A program made the translations under genes and the position numbers. The notes below the pieces were generated by a model, which was not told the origin of the DNA, made no database searches, and worked only from the letters and a program-made list of their open reading frames with translations. A DNA stretch of 64,000 bases from Candidatus Tepidifontimicrobium thermophilum (lineage in GTDB: Bacteria > Sysuimicrobiota > Sysuimicrobiia > Sysuimicrobiales > Sysuimicrobiaceae). Positions 19,023-28,540 of this stretch are shown here, in pieces. Within the stretch, counting starts at the first letter, position 1, and every line of letters starts with the position of its first letter. The DNA is taken from NCBI GenBank assembly GCA_031459915.1, contig JAVKHO010000007.1, forward strand, positions 56,389-120,388, in the 5' to 3' direction.

Positions 19023-20321
19023 ATGAACATCCTCTGCGTCGGTACCAGTCACCGGACCGCGCCGGTGGAGGTTCGGGAGCGGGTGGCGTTCCTGGAGAGT
19101 CGTCTGGGGACGGCCTCCGCCCTCCTTCGGGCGCGGGAGGGCCTCCACGAGGCGGTCATTCTGTCCACCTGCAACCGCACGGAGGCCTACGTGGTGGCCG
19201 AGGACGCCTCCGTGGGGACCCGCGCGGTCTTGGACTTCTGGTGCGACTACCACGGGCTTGCACCCCGGGAGATGGAGCCCTACGTGTACGCCCTGTGGGG
19301 GCTCGAGGCGGTCCGGCACCTGTTCCGAGTGGCCGCGGGGTTGGACTCCATGATGGTGGGTGAGGTCCAAATCCTCGGCCAGGTGCGGGAGGCCTTCGGC
19401 GCAGCCCGCGGTGCCCGTGCCACCGGCCCGCTGCTGGACGCCCTGTTCCGCCACGCCATCGCCGCGGGCCGCCGGGTCCGGCAGCGCACCGGGATCGAGC
19501 GCGGCTCGCTGTCCGTCCCGGAGGCCGCGGTGGAGCTGGCCCGTCGGCTGTTGGGCGGGCTCGCCGGCCGGCGCGTCCTGGTCCTGGGCGCCGGGGAGAT
19601 GGCGGAGCTCACGGTCCGGCACTTGCTGGAGGCAGGCTGCGGGGCCGTAGTGGTGTGCAACCGCACCCTGGAACACGCCCGCCCGCTGGCGGAGCGGCTG
19701 GGCGGGATGGCGGTGCGGTTCGACGAGCTGGGCAGTTCCCTGGCGCGGGCGGACATCCTGGTGACCTCCACCGCGGCCCCGCACCCGGTAGTGGAGCCGG
19801 AGCTGGTGGCGCAGGCGGTGCAGGGCCGGCGGGAACCGCTGCTCATCGTGGACATCGCGGTGCCCCGGGACGTGCACCCTGCGGTAGGTCAGCTGCCGGG
19901 GGTGCGCCTGTTGAACGTGGACGACCTGCGGGCGGTCAGCGAGGCCGCGCGGCAGGCACGGCAGGCGGAGATCGCACACGCAGAGGGGATCGTGGCGGAG
20001 GAATTGGACCGGTTCGCCGCCTGGCTCCGCTCCCTGAAGGTGGTCCCCCTCATCACCGCCCTGCGCGCCCGCGCGGAGGCGGTCGCGGAGGAAGAATGGC
20101 GCAGGGCCCTGCCCCGCCTCCGCGGGCTGACGGAAGAAGAGCGGGAGGCGGTGCGAGGGCTGCTGCAGTCGGTGGTCAACCGACTGCTGCACGGTCCCAT
20201 CGTCCGTCTGAAGGAGATCGCGCGGCGCGAGGACTCGGTGTACGTGGAAGCCGCCCGCACCCTGCTGGGCTTCGAGGTGGACGGGCCTCAGGCTGCGGGA
20301 GAGTCCAAAGCCGGCCGTTGA
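19023..20321 (+). CDS. hemA: Glutamyl-tRNA reductase
   Basis: HRTAPVEVRE, LSTCNRTE, GLDSMMVGEVQILGQV, GAGEM, DIAVPRDV. Confidence 0.96.
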   Translation: MNILCVGTSHRTAPVEVRERVAFLESRLGTASALLRAREGLHEAVILSTCNRTEAYVVAEDASVGTRAVLDFWCDYHGLAPREMEPYVYALWGLEAVRHLFRVAAGLDSMMVGEVQILGQVREAFGAARGARATGPLLDALFRHAIAAGRRVRQRTGIERGSLSVPEAAVELARRLLGGLAGRRVLVLGAGEMAELTVRHLLEAGCGAVVVCNRTLEHARPLAERLGGMAVRFDELGSSLARADILVTSTAAPHPVVEPELVAQAVQGRREPLLIVDIAVPRDVHPAVGQLPGVRLLNVDDLRAVSEAARQARQAEIAHAEGIVAEELDRFAAWLRSLKVVPLITALRARAEAVAEEEWRRALPRLRGLTEEEREAVRGLLQSVVNRLLHGPIVRLKEIARREDSVYVEAARTLLGFEVDGPQAAGESKAGR

Positions 20322-21220
20322 CCCTGCGAGTCGGCACCCGGGCCAGCTCCCTCAGCCGGCGTCAGACCGACTGGGTGTTGCAGCTGCTGCGGCGCGCAGA
20401 CCCCCGACTGCAATTCCACGTGGTGCCCGTGCGTACCGCGGGCGATCGTTCTTCCCGGCCCATCGCGGAGCTGGGCGGCGTCGGCTGGTTCACCCGCGAA
20501 CTGGAGCGGGCCCTGCTGGAGGGCACCGTGGATCTGGTGGTGCACAGCCTGAAGGATCTCCCCACGGAGACCCCGGGTGGATTGGTGGTGGCCGCGACCC
20601 CACCGCGGGAGGATGCGAGGGATGCCCTGGTCGGCCGGTGGCCGACTCTGGACGCCCTGCCCCGAGGAGCTCGGGTCGGCACCAGCAGCCCGCGTCGGAG
20701 GGCGCAGCTCCTGGCGTACCGCCGGGACCTGGAGGTCGTACCCCTGCGCGGGAACGTGGACACCCGCTTGCGTAAGGTGGACGCGGGAGAAGTGGAAGCC
20801 GCGGTGCTGGCGGCGGCAGGGCTGGTGCGCGGCGGGTGGGAGGACCGGATCCGGCAGTACCTGGACCCGGAGGTGATGTTGCCGGCTCCCGCGCAGGGGG
20901 CGCTGGCCGTGCAGGTGCGGGAGTCCGACGCCCCGCTGGTGGAACTGACACGCCAGATCGACCACCCGCCCACCCGCGCCGCGGTCCGCGCCGAGCGGGC
21001 TTTCCTGAGGGCCCTGGGAGGCGGCTGCACGCTCCCCGTGGGGGCTCTGGCCACCGTGGAGGGCGACCGGCTGTGTTTGCAGGTGCGGGTGCTGTCGGAG
21101 GACGGAAGCCGCCAGGTGTCCGCGCGGCGCGAGGGGCGGCCGGACGATCCGGAGCGCCTGGGACACGAGGTCGCGGAGGAGGTACGGCCGTTTCTGTCCT
21201 TGATGGGAGGCGGGCCGTGA
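20318..21220 (+). CDS. hemC: Hydroxymethylbilane synthase
   Basis: VGTRAS, VHSLKDLP, VGTSSPRR, LRGNVDTRL, GGGCTLP; TTG start overlaps the hemA stop. Confidence 0.95.
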   Translation: MTLRVGTRASSLSRRQTDWVLQLLRRADPRLQFHVVPVRTAGDRSSRPIAELGGVGWFTRELERALLEGTVDLVVHSLKDLPTETPGGLVVAATPPREDARDALVGRWPTLDALPRGARVGTSSPRRRAQLLAYRRDLEVVPLRGNVDTRLRKVDAGEVEAAVLAAAGLVRGGWEDRIRQYLDPEVMLPAPAQGALAVQVRESDAPLVELTRQIDHPPTRAAVRAERAFLRALGGGCTLPVGALATVEGDRLCLQVRVLSEDGSRQVSARREGRPDDPERLGHEVAEEVRPFLSLMGGGP

Positions 21221-22008
21221 ATAGGGAGCCCGCCCGGCCTCTGGAGGGCCGCACGGTGCTGGTCACGCGGCCGGCGGAGCAGGCGGAAGGCCTCAGGGCC
21301 GCGTTGGAAGCCCTGGGGGCCACCGTGCACGCGGTGCCCGTCATCCGCGTGCTCCCGCCGCAGGACCCCCAGCCCCTCCGGCAGGCGGCCGCCACCCTGC
21401 ATGCCTACGACTGGGTGGTGTTCACCAGCCGCAACGGGGTGCGGGCGCTCGCGCAGTGGACAGGCCGAGGTGACGCCCGTTGGCCTGCAGGCCTGCGCGT
21501 GGCGTGCATCGGGCCGGCGACCGCACAGGCGGCACGGCAGCTGGGCTGGCCTGTGCACCTGCAGCCGGCCCGTTACGTGGCGGAGTCCCTGGTGGACTCC
21601 TTCCGCCAGCAGGGAGTCCGCGGGGCGCGGGTGCTGGTGGTGCGCGCCCAGGAGGCCCGGGACGTCCTCCCCGAAGGCCTCCGCGGCCTGGGAGCCCGGG
21701 TGGAGGTGGTGGCCGCCTACCGCACGGAGCCCGCGTACAATGAAGCCGAGCGGCTGCAACAGGTGCTCCGGCGGGGTGTGGACCTAGCCGCGTTCGCCAG
21801 CCCCTCCGCGGTCAGCGCGGCGGTACGGCTGTGCGGTGGCCTGGACCTGCTGCGGTCGGTGCCCGTGGTGTGTATCGGACCAGTGACTGCGTCCGCGGCA
21901 GGTCGGGCAGGACTGCAGGTGGTGGGGATCGCGCACACCTACACCCAGGAGGGGTTGGTGGAGGCGGTGGTCCGCGTCCTCGTGGCAGGAGGGGAGGGGT
22001 CCCAATGA
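21217..22008 (+). CDS. hemD: Uroporphyrinogen-III synthase
   Basis: VLVTRP, WVVFTSRNGV, CIGPAT, FASPSAV. Confidence 0.92.
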   Translation: MNREPARPLEGRTVLVTRPAEQAEGLRAALEALGATVHAVPVIRVLPPQDPQPLRQAAATLHAYDWVVFTSRNGVRALAQWTGRGDARWPAGLRVACIGPATAQAARQLGWPVHLQPARYVAESLVDSFRQQGVRGARVLVVRAQEARDVLPEGLRGLGARVEVVAAYRTEPAYNEAERLQQVLRRGVDLAAFASPSAVSAAVRLCGGLDLLRSVPVVCIGPVTASAAGRAGLQVVGIAHTYTQEGLVEAVVRVLVAGGEGSQ

Positions 22009-22985
22009 GCTTTCCCGCGTTCCGCAGCAGACGCCTGCGGCGCACGGAGGCGCTGCGGAGGATTTCCCAGGAGGTGGAGCTTTCGCCCCGTCACCTGATC
22101 GCGCCCCTGTTCGTGAAGGAGGGGATTCCGGAACCGCTCCCCATCCCTTCGCTCCCGGGTCAGGTGCAGCACACCCTCCCCAGCCTGGTGAAGGAGGTGG
22201 GGGAGCTGGTGGAGCTGGGCGTGGGTGCGGTGATCCTGTTCGGGATCCCCGCCCACAAGGACGCGGTGGGCAGCGGGGCGTGGGACGAGCAGGGCGTCGT
22301 TCAGCGTGCCCTGCGGACCCTCCGGTCGGAGTTCGGAGACCGGGTGGCGTTGATGGCCGACCTGTGCCTGTGTGAGTACACCGACCACGGCCACTGCGGG
22401 GTGCTGGCCGAGGGGCCGGAGACGGTGGACAACGACCGTACGCTGGAACTGTACGGCCGCATCGCCGCCAGCCAGGCGCGGGCGGGGGCGGACGTGATCG
22501 CGCCCAGCGGGGTCATGGACGGGCAGGTGGCCGCCATCCGGCGCGCCCTGGACGGGGCGGGCTTCCCGCAGGTGGCGATCCTGAGCTACGCGGCCAAGTT
22601 CGCCTCCACCTTCTACGGGCCGTTCCGGGACGCCGCGGAATCTGCCCCGCGGTTCGGCCATCGACGGGCCTACCAGCTGGCGCCGGCGAACCTGCGGGCC
22701 GCCCTGCGCCGGGTGGAGGAGGAGGTGGCGGAGGGTGCGGACGCGGTGATGGTCAAGCCCGCCCTCCCGTACCTGGACGTGGTGCGGGCGGTGCGGGAGC
22801 GCTGGGAGGTCCCCGTGGCCGCGTACTGTGTCAGCGGGGAGTACGCCATGCTGCACGCGGCGGCGCAGCGGGGCTGGCTGGACCTGGAGTCGGCCATGAT
22901 GGAGGTCCTGCTGGCCATCCGCCGCGCGGGCGCGGACTGGATCCTCACGTACTTCGCGAAGGACGCTGCACGGCTGCTGCGGTGA
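22005..22985 (+). CDS. hemB: Porphobilinogen synthase (Zn type)
   Basis: DLCLCEYTDHGHCG, FYGPFRDA, MVKPALPYLD, VSGEYAM. Confidence 0.96.
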   Translation: MSFPAFRSRRLRRTEALRRISQEVELSPRHLIAPLFVKEGIPEPLPIPSLPGQVQHTLPSLVKEVGELVELGVGAVILFGIPAHKDAVGSGAWDEQGVVQRALRTLRSEFGDRVALMADLCLCEYTDHGHCGVLAEGPETVDNDRTLELYGRIAASQARAGADVIAPSGVMDGQVAAIRRALDGAGFPQVAILSYAAKFASTFYGPFRDAAESAPRFGHRRAYQLAPANLRAALRRVEEEVAEGADAVMVKPALPYLDVVRAVRERWEVPVAAYCVSGEYAMLHAAAQRGWLDLESAMMEVLLAIRRAGADWILTYFAKDAARLLR

Positions 22986-24262
22986 CGGCTTCGGAGGAAC
23001 TGTTCCGGCGGGCCCGGCGCGTGATGCCCGGGGGGGTCAGCAGCCCGGTCCGGGCGTTCCGCGCGGTGGGGGGAAATCCGCCGTTCCTCGTGCGGGGCAA
23101 CGGCGCGTACGTGGAGGACGCAGACGGACGGCGCTACGTGGACTGCGTGAACTCCTGGGGGGCGCTGATCCTGGGCCACGCGCACCCGGCGGTGGTGCGG
23201 GCAGCGCAGCAGGCGGTGGCCGACGGGAGCAGCTTCGGCGCGCCCACACCGTGGGAGGTGGAGTTCTGCGAGCGGCTGTGCGCAGCGGTGCCGTCGGTGG
23301 AGGCGGTCCGGTTGGTGAACTCGGGCACCGAGGCGGTCATGAGCGCCCTGCGGGTGGCTCGGGCTGCCACGGGCCGCGAGGGGGTGGTGAAGTTCGATGG
23401 CGGCTACCACGGCCACGCGGACGCCCTGCTGGTGCGCGCGGGTTCGGGGGTGGCCACCTTCGACCTGCCCGACAGCGCGGGGGTGCCGCCCTCGGCGGTG
23501 CAGGCCACCGTTTCCCTTCCGTACAACGACTTGGACGCGGCGCGGGCTTTTTTCGAGCGGCGCGGGCACGAGATCGCGGCGGTGTTGGTGGAGCCCGTGG
23601 CGGGCAACATGGGCACCGTTCCCCCCGAGCCGGGCTTCCTAGAGGGGTTGCGGGAGCTCACGGCCCGTTACGGCGCGCTGCTGGTGTTCGACGAGGTCAT
23701 CACGGGCTTCCGGTTGCGGTACGGCGCGGCCCAGGAGGTGTTCGGGGTACGGGCAGACCTCACGTGCCTGGGGAAGGTCATCGGCGGCGGCTTCCCCTTG
23801 GCCGCCTACGGCGGCCGGGCCGACCTCATGCGGCTGGTGGCGCCCGAGGGCCCCGTCTACCAGGCGGGCACCCTCTCGGGAAACCCCGTCGCGGTGCGGG
23901 CGGGGCTCGCCACCTTGGGGGTGCTGGAAGATGGAGCGGTCTACGCGCGGCTGGAGCACTGGGGCCACGTGCTCGAGGAGGGGTTACAGGACGCGGCCCG
24001 GCAGGCGGGCGTGGAGGTGTGGGTGAACCGAGTGGGCTCCATGCTGACGGTGTTCTTCACGCCGCAGCGGGTGGTGGACTACGCGACGGCCCGCAACTCT
24101 GACGCGGCGCGATTCGCCCGGTTCTTCCACGGTATGCTGTCCCGAGGGGTGTACCTGCCGCCCTCGCCCTTCGAGGCCTGGTTTCTGTCCGCCGCCCACG
24201 GCGAGCAGGAGGTGGACCGGATCCTCCAGGCGGCCCGGGGGGCGTTCCAGGAGGCCGTATGA
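22982..24262 (+). CDS. hemL: Glutamate-1-semialdehyde 2,1-aminomutase
   Basis: PGGVSSPVRAF, NSGTEA, YHGH, DEVITGFR, GKVIGGG, YQAGTLSGNP. Confidence 0.96.
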   Translation: MTASEELFRRARRVMPGGVSSPVRAFRAVGGNPPFLVRGNGAYVEDADGRRYVDCVNSWGALILGHAHPAVVRAAQQAVADGSSFGAPTPWEVEFCERLCAAVPSVEAVRLVNSGTEAVMSALRVARAATGREGVVKFDGGYHGHADALLVRAGSGVATFDLPDSAGVPPSAVQATVSLPYNDLDAARAFFERRGHEIAAVLVEPVAGNMGTVPPEPGFLEGLRELTARYGALLVFDEVITGFRLRYGAAQEVFGVRADLTCLGKVIGGGFPLAAYGGRADLMRLVAPEGPVYQAGTLSGNPVAVRAGLATLGVLEDGAVYARLEHWGHVLEEGLQDAARQAGVEVWVNRVGSMLTVFFTPQRVVDYATARNSDAARFARFFHGMLSRGVYLPPSPFEAWFLSAAHGEQEVDRILQAARGAFQEAV

Positions 24263-25002
24263 GCGGGCGTGTCCTGGTGGTGATGCCCCTGTACAACGAG
24301 GAGGCGACCCTCCAGGAGGTCCTGGAGGCGGTGCTGCACTACGCGCCACCCGGGACGGACGTCTTGGTGGTGGACGACGGCTCCACGGACGGCTCCGCGG
24401 AGATCCTGGCCCGCTTCCCGGAGGTTCGGGTGATCCGCCACCCGGAGAATCGCGGCTACGGCGCCTCCCTCATCGACGGCTTCCGCTACGCCCTCGACCA
24501 CGGCTACGACGCAGTGGTCACCATGGACTGCGACGCCCAGCACGAGCCGTACCTGATCCCGGACCTGCTGAGTGCTTTGGAGGACGCGGACATCGTGTCC
24601 GGCAGCCGGTACCTCCCCGGTTCGTCTCGGGGCCAGGAGCCGCCCCCGGATCGGCTGCGGATCAACCGGGAGGTCACCGAGCGGGTGAACGCGCTCACGG
24701 GCTACCGGCTCACGGACGCCTTCTGCGGGTTCAAAGCGTATCGGGCCGACGCCCTGCGGCGGATGCAGCTGGACGAGCCCTCCTACGGCATGCCCCTGCA
24801 GGTGTGGGTGCAGGCTGCCCGGTGGGGGCTGCGGGTCCGGGAGATCCCCATCGGTCGCATCTACAAGAACCCCCACCGCCGGTTCTGGGGCGGTCTGGAC
24901 GACCCGGAGGTCCGGCTGCGTTACTACCTGCAGGTGCTGGAGCGGGAGGCGGCTCGGTGGCTGCAGCAGCCGGCCTCCAGCGGGGAGGCGGGCGCGCGGT
25001 GA
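24259..25002 (+). CDS. GT2 family glycosyltransferase (polyprenol-phosphate glycosyltransferase-like, no TM)
   Basis: MPLYNE, VVDDGSTD, NRGYG, MDCDAQH, GSRY, DAFCGFKAY. Confidence 0.9.
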   Translation: MSGRVLVVMPLYNEEATLQEVLEAVLHYAPPGTDVLVVDDGSTDGSAEILARFPEVRVIRHPENRGYGASLIDGFRYALDHGYDAVVTMDCDAQHEPYLIPDLLSALEDADIVSGSRYLPGSSRGQEPPPDRLRINREVTERVNALTGYRLTDAFCGFKAYRADALRRMQLDEPSYGMPLQVWVQAARWGLRVREIPIGRIYKNPHRRFWGGLDDPEVRLRYYLQVLEREAARWLQQPASSGEAGAR

Positions 25003-25679
25003 AGACGGTCCTGGTCCTGGCCCCTCACCCCGACGACGCGGAGATCGCCATGGGTGGTACCATGGCCGCGCTGGTGGCGCAGGGCTGGCGGGTGGTGGTG
25101 TGCGACCTCACCGATGGCGAGCCCACCCCGGTGGGCACGCCGGAGCGGCGGCGGCGGGAGGCGGAACGGGCGGCGCGGATTCTCGGCGTGGAGCGCCAGA
25201 TCCTGGACCTGCCCAACCGTTTCCTGCTGGACGGGGTGGAGGCGCGCAAGAAGGTGGCTGCGGTGATCCGGGCGGTGCGGCCCGAGTGGCTGTTCGTGCC
25301 GTACTGGGAGGACGCCCACCCCGACCACGTCCAGGCCGCCACCCTGTGTGAGGCGGCGCGGTTCTACGCCAAGCTGACCCACACGGACATCCCGGGGGAG
25401 CCCCACTACCCGCGCCGGGTCGTGCACTTCTTCTCCACCCACTACCGCATGGTGCGGCGGCCGTCCTTCGTGTTCGACGTGAGCGAGACGCTGGAGCGCA
25501 AGATGGAGAGCCTGCGCGCGTACGAGAGCCAGTTCGGAGTTGAGCGGGGCAACTCCTGGGTCCTGGAGGCGGTGCGGGATGCCGCCCGCTACTTCGGTTC
25601 CCTGGTGGGCGTCTCGTACGGGGAGCCCTTCCTCCTGCGGGAGGAGCTCGGGGTGCGGAACCTGGAGGGGTTAGTGTGA
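24999..25679 (+). CDS. PIG-L family deacetylase, BshB1-like
   Basis: APHPDDAE, DLTDGE, DAHPDH, AYESQF, YGEPF. Confidence 0.88.
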   Translation: MKTVLVLAPHPDDAEIAMGGTMAALVAQGWRVVVCDLTDGEPTPVGTPERRRREAERAARILGVERQILDLPNRFLLDGVEARKKVAAVIRAVRPEWLFVPYWEDAHPDHVQAATLCEAARFYAKLTHTDIPGEPHYPRRVVHFFSTHYRMVRRPSFVFDVSETLERKMESLRAYESQFGVERGNSWVLEAVRDAARYFGSLVGVSYGEPFLLREELGVRNLEGLV

Positions 25680-27220
25680 CCGACGTGACCGAGCTGTCCA
25701 TCCCCACGCGCCACGGCGAGGTCCTCTGCACGCCTGAGTTCAGCCGTTGGCTGGAGCTGGCGGAAGCCACCGCCCGGCGGCTGGACGCAGCAAGCGTCTT
25801 CGGCCGGCCCCTGAGCGCTCTGCGGGCGCAGGCCCGGTCCGAGCTCGTGGGACGGGCCCAGGCCCTGCTGGGCCGCTGGGGCTTCGCGCCCCCTGAGGCC
25901 TCCCACGGTCCGTGGGTCGCCACCGGCCACCAGCCCGGCCTGTATCACCCGGGGATCTGGATCAAGACGTGGGCCGTGGACATCTGCGCGGGCCAGGGGG
26001 CGACCGGGCTGCACGTGGTGGTGGACTCCGACGAGTGCCAGTCCTGGGGTGCCCGAGTCCCGAGGCGGGACGGGACGCTGCAGGGGGTGCAGCGGACCCT
26101 CGTGGAGTGCGGCGACGGTGTTCCCTTCGAGGCGGCCCCGGTACCCGAGGAGGCCCGCTGGCGGGCCTTCTGCGCACAGCTACGGGACGACCTCGGGACC
26201 CTCGGTCTCCCGGAGCTCCTGGAGCGGGTCTCCCGGGCAGAGCAGGCGGGCCTGGAAAGCCTCTCCCGCGCGCGGCACCTGGGCGATTTCGGGGCCGGCC
26301 TGCGCAGACGGTTGGAGACGAAGCACCGGCAGGTCCGCTACTGGGAGGTGACCGTATCCGAGCTGTCGGAGACGCAGGCCTTCGGCCAGTTCGCCGCCTG
26401 GATCGCCCAGGATGCGGAGCGTTTTCGCGCCTGCCACAACGCGGCCCTGGACGAGTACCGCCGGCAGCAGGGCCTGCGCTCCCCGGCGCAGCCGTTCCCC
26501 AACCTACGGCGGGAAGGCGACTGGGTGGAGTTGCCCTTCTGGCTGGTGCGGGAGGGGAAGCGGCGGCCGGTATTCGTGCGGCCCGGAGCTCCTCCCGTGG
26601 TGTTCTGCGAGGGCAGGCCCGTAGGCGAGCTCACGGACCGTGGGCTGGAGGGCCTGCGCCCCAGGGCCCTCACCCTCACCCTGTTCCTGCGGCTTCTGGT
26701 GGCGGATCTGTTCGTGCACGGCGTGGGAGGCGCGCGCTACGACCGCGTCACCGACCGGGTCCTAGAGGAGTTCTTCGGAGTCACACCGCCGCCCTTCGCG
26801 GTCCTCACGGCCACCTTCCATCTCCCGCTGGCGCGACACGCAGATCCCCGGGAGGCGTACGGGGCTGCGCAGCGTCTGTGGCTGGACCTGCAGCACAACC
26901 CGGACCGCCACCTGGCCGACCCCGCCCAGGCGCGTCCCCTGGTGGAGGAAAAGTGGCGCTGCATCCGGGCTCTGGAGGCCGCGGACCTGACCCGGTCCGC
27001 CCGCCGGGAGCTCGCCCGGCGCATCCGGGCCATCAACGAGGCTTTGCGGGCCCACGTGCAGGACCGGATCGCTGAAGTGGAGGCGGAGCTGGAGGCGTTG
27101 CGGCGGGAGGTGCAGGAACACGAGGTCGCCGCGGACCGAGGCTACCCCTTCTTCCTGTTCGACCCCGAGGAGGTCTGCGCGCCGTTGCGGGCGCAGGAGG
27201 GAGTTCGGTGCGGCCGCTAG
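25676..27220 (+). CDS. Hypothetical protein, distantly BshC-like (putative ligase) with C-terminal coiled coil
   Basis: ATGHQPGLYHPGIWIK resembles the BshC TGQQ/H-x-LF-G-P-Y-K motif; LRPRAL...FVHGVGGARYD; ~510 aa like BshC. Confidence 0.55.
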   Translation: MTDVTELSIPTRHGEVLCTPEFSRWLELAEATARRLDAASVFGRPLSALRAQARSELVGRAQALLGRWGFAPPEASHGPWVATGHQPGLYHPGIWIKTWAVDICAGQGATGLHVVVDSDECQSWGARVPRRDGTLQGVQRTLVECGDGVPFEAAPVPEEARWRAFCAQLRDDLGTLGLPELLERVSRAEQAGLESLSRARHLGDFGAGLRRRLETKHRQVRYWEVTVSELSETQAFGQFAAWIAQDAERFRACHNAALDEYRRQQGLRSPAQPFPNLRREGDWVELPFWLVREGKRRPVFVRPGAPPVVFCEGRPVGELTDRGLEGLRPRALTLTLFLRLLVADLFVHGVGGARYDRVTDRVLEEFFGVTPPPFAVLTATFHLPLARHADPREAYGAAQRLWLDLQHNPDRHLADPAQARPLVEEKWRCIRALEAADLTRSARRELARRIRAINEALRAHVQDRIAEVEAELEALRREVQEHEVAADRGYPFFLFDPEEVCAPLRAQEGVRCGR

Positions 27221-27888
27221 ACCCCGTGGTGACGGACGCCCTGGGCCGGCGGTTCGGGGCCGTGGTGGCCCTGCGGGGCGTGGGACTCCGGGTCGGGGAG
27301 GGCACGTGTCTGCTGCTGTTGGGCCCCAACGGGTCCGGCAAGACCACCCTGCTTCGGGTGCTGGCCACGGCCTTGCGCCCTACGGAGGGCCGCGCGTGGG
27401 TGTGCGGCTACGACGTGGTCTCGGAGGGTCACCGGGTGCGGGAACTGTGCGCTTTCCTGGGGACGTCCCCAGGCGTGTACGCGGGCCTCACCGGGTTCGA
27501 GAACCTGTGCCTGGCCGCGGACCTGTGTGGCCGGCCCCGGCGGCAGGTTGCGGAGCTGCTGGGGTGGGCCGGGCTGGAGCAGGTGGCCCACAGGCTGGTA
27601 CGCACTTACAGCCTCGGCATGCGGCGGCGGCTCGCCCTGGCGCGGGTCCGTTTGCAAGAGCCCCGGGTCCTGCTCTTGGACGAGCCCTTCGTGGGTCTGG
27701 ACGAGGAGGGGACCCGGCTGGTGGGCGAGCTGGTGACGGGGATCAAGAAGCAGAAAGGCGCGGTGGTCCTGGCCACCCACGACCGGCACCGCGCCCGGGC
27801 CGTGTGCGACGCGGTGGCAGAACTGGAGTCGGGCACGCTGCTGAGCTCGGGAACCGCGGGGCTCGCAGGAGCAGTGAGCCGGGGATGA
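27208..27888 (+). CDS. ccmA: Heme ABC exporter ATPase CcmA
   Basis: GPNGSGKTT, YSLGMRRRL, LLLDEPF; ccm context. Confidence 0.85.
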   Translation: MRPLDPVVTDALGRRFGAVVALRGVGLRVGEGTCLLLLGPNGSGKTTLLRVLATALRPTEGRAWVCGYDVVSEGHRVRELCAFLGTSPGVYAGLTGFENLCLAADLCGRPRRQVAELLGWAGLEQVAHRLVRTYSLGMRRRLALARVRLQEPRVLLLDEPFVGLDEEGTRLVGELVTGIKKQKGAVVLATHDRHRARAVCDAVAELESGTLLSSGTAGLAGAVSRG

Positions 27889-28538
27889 AGGCATGGCGGC
27901 GGGTGGCGGCCGTGGCCCGCAAGGACCTTCTCCTGGAGTGGCGCGGGCGCGACGCGGTGCTCCCCGCGGGCAGCTTCGGCTTCGCAGTCCTGCTGGTGCT
28001 AGGGCTGGTGTCCGGAGGTGGGGGGGAAGCCGCACCGTCGGCGCTGTGGGTGTCCGTCCTCCTGGCGGCAGTGCTGGCGGCAGGACGCGGTGCGGACCGG
28101 GAAGGAGAGGAGGGGACCCGGGAGGTGCTGCTGCTGTACCCCGGCAGCCGCGAGGACCTGTTCTGGGGAAGGTGGCTGGCTCTGTGCGTGGTGCTGCTGG
28201 TCCTGGCTGCGGGACTGTGGTGCGCGCAGGTTCTCCTGTTTGACGCTCCAACCCGCGGGGCGGGCGTGCTGATCCTGGCGGCCCTGTTGGCTACAGCGGG
28301 GCTCGGCGCGGCGGGCACGTTGCTGGCCGCGCTGGTGGCCCACGTGCGGGCAGGACCGTTGCTGATGCCCCTTCTGTTCCTGCCCGCCACGGTTCCCGTG
28401 TTGCTGGCGGGAGTGCGGCTTTCCGAGACCGCGGCCTCCGGAGCGCCTGCGGGCCCGTGGTGGGGCGTGCTGGTGGTGTTCGACCTCCTGTTTTTGCTGG
28501 TGGGCCCCGTCCTGTTCGAGCTGGTGGTGGAGGGGTAG
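27885..28538 (+). CDS. ccmB: Heme exporter permease CcmB
   Basis: RKDLLLEWR, LMPLLFLPATVPVLLAGV; multiple TMs. Confidence 0.85.
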   Translation: MKAWRRVAAVARKDLLLEWRGRDAVLPAGSFGFAVLLVLGLVSGGGGEAAPSALWVSVLLAAVLAAGRGADREGEEGTREVLLLYPGSREDLFWGRWLALCVVLLVLAAGLWCAQVLLFDAPTRGAGVLILAALLATAGLGAAGTLLAALVAHVRAGPLLMPLLFLPATVPVLLAGVRLSETAASGAPAGPWWGVLVVFDLLFLLVGPVLFELVVEG

Positions 28539-28540
28539 GC

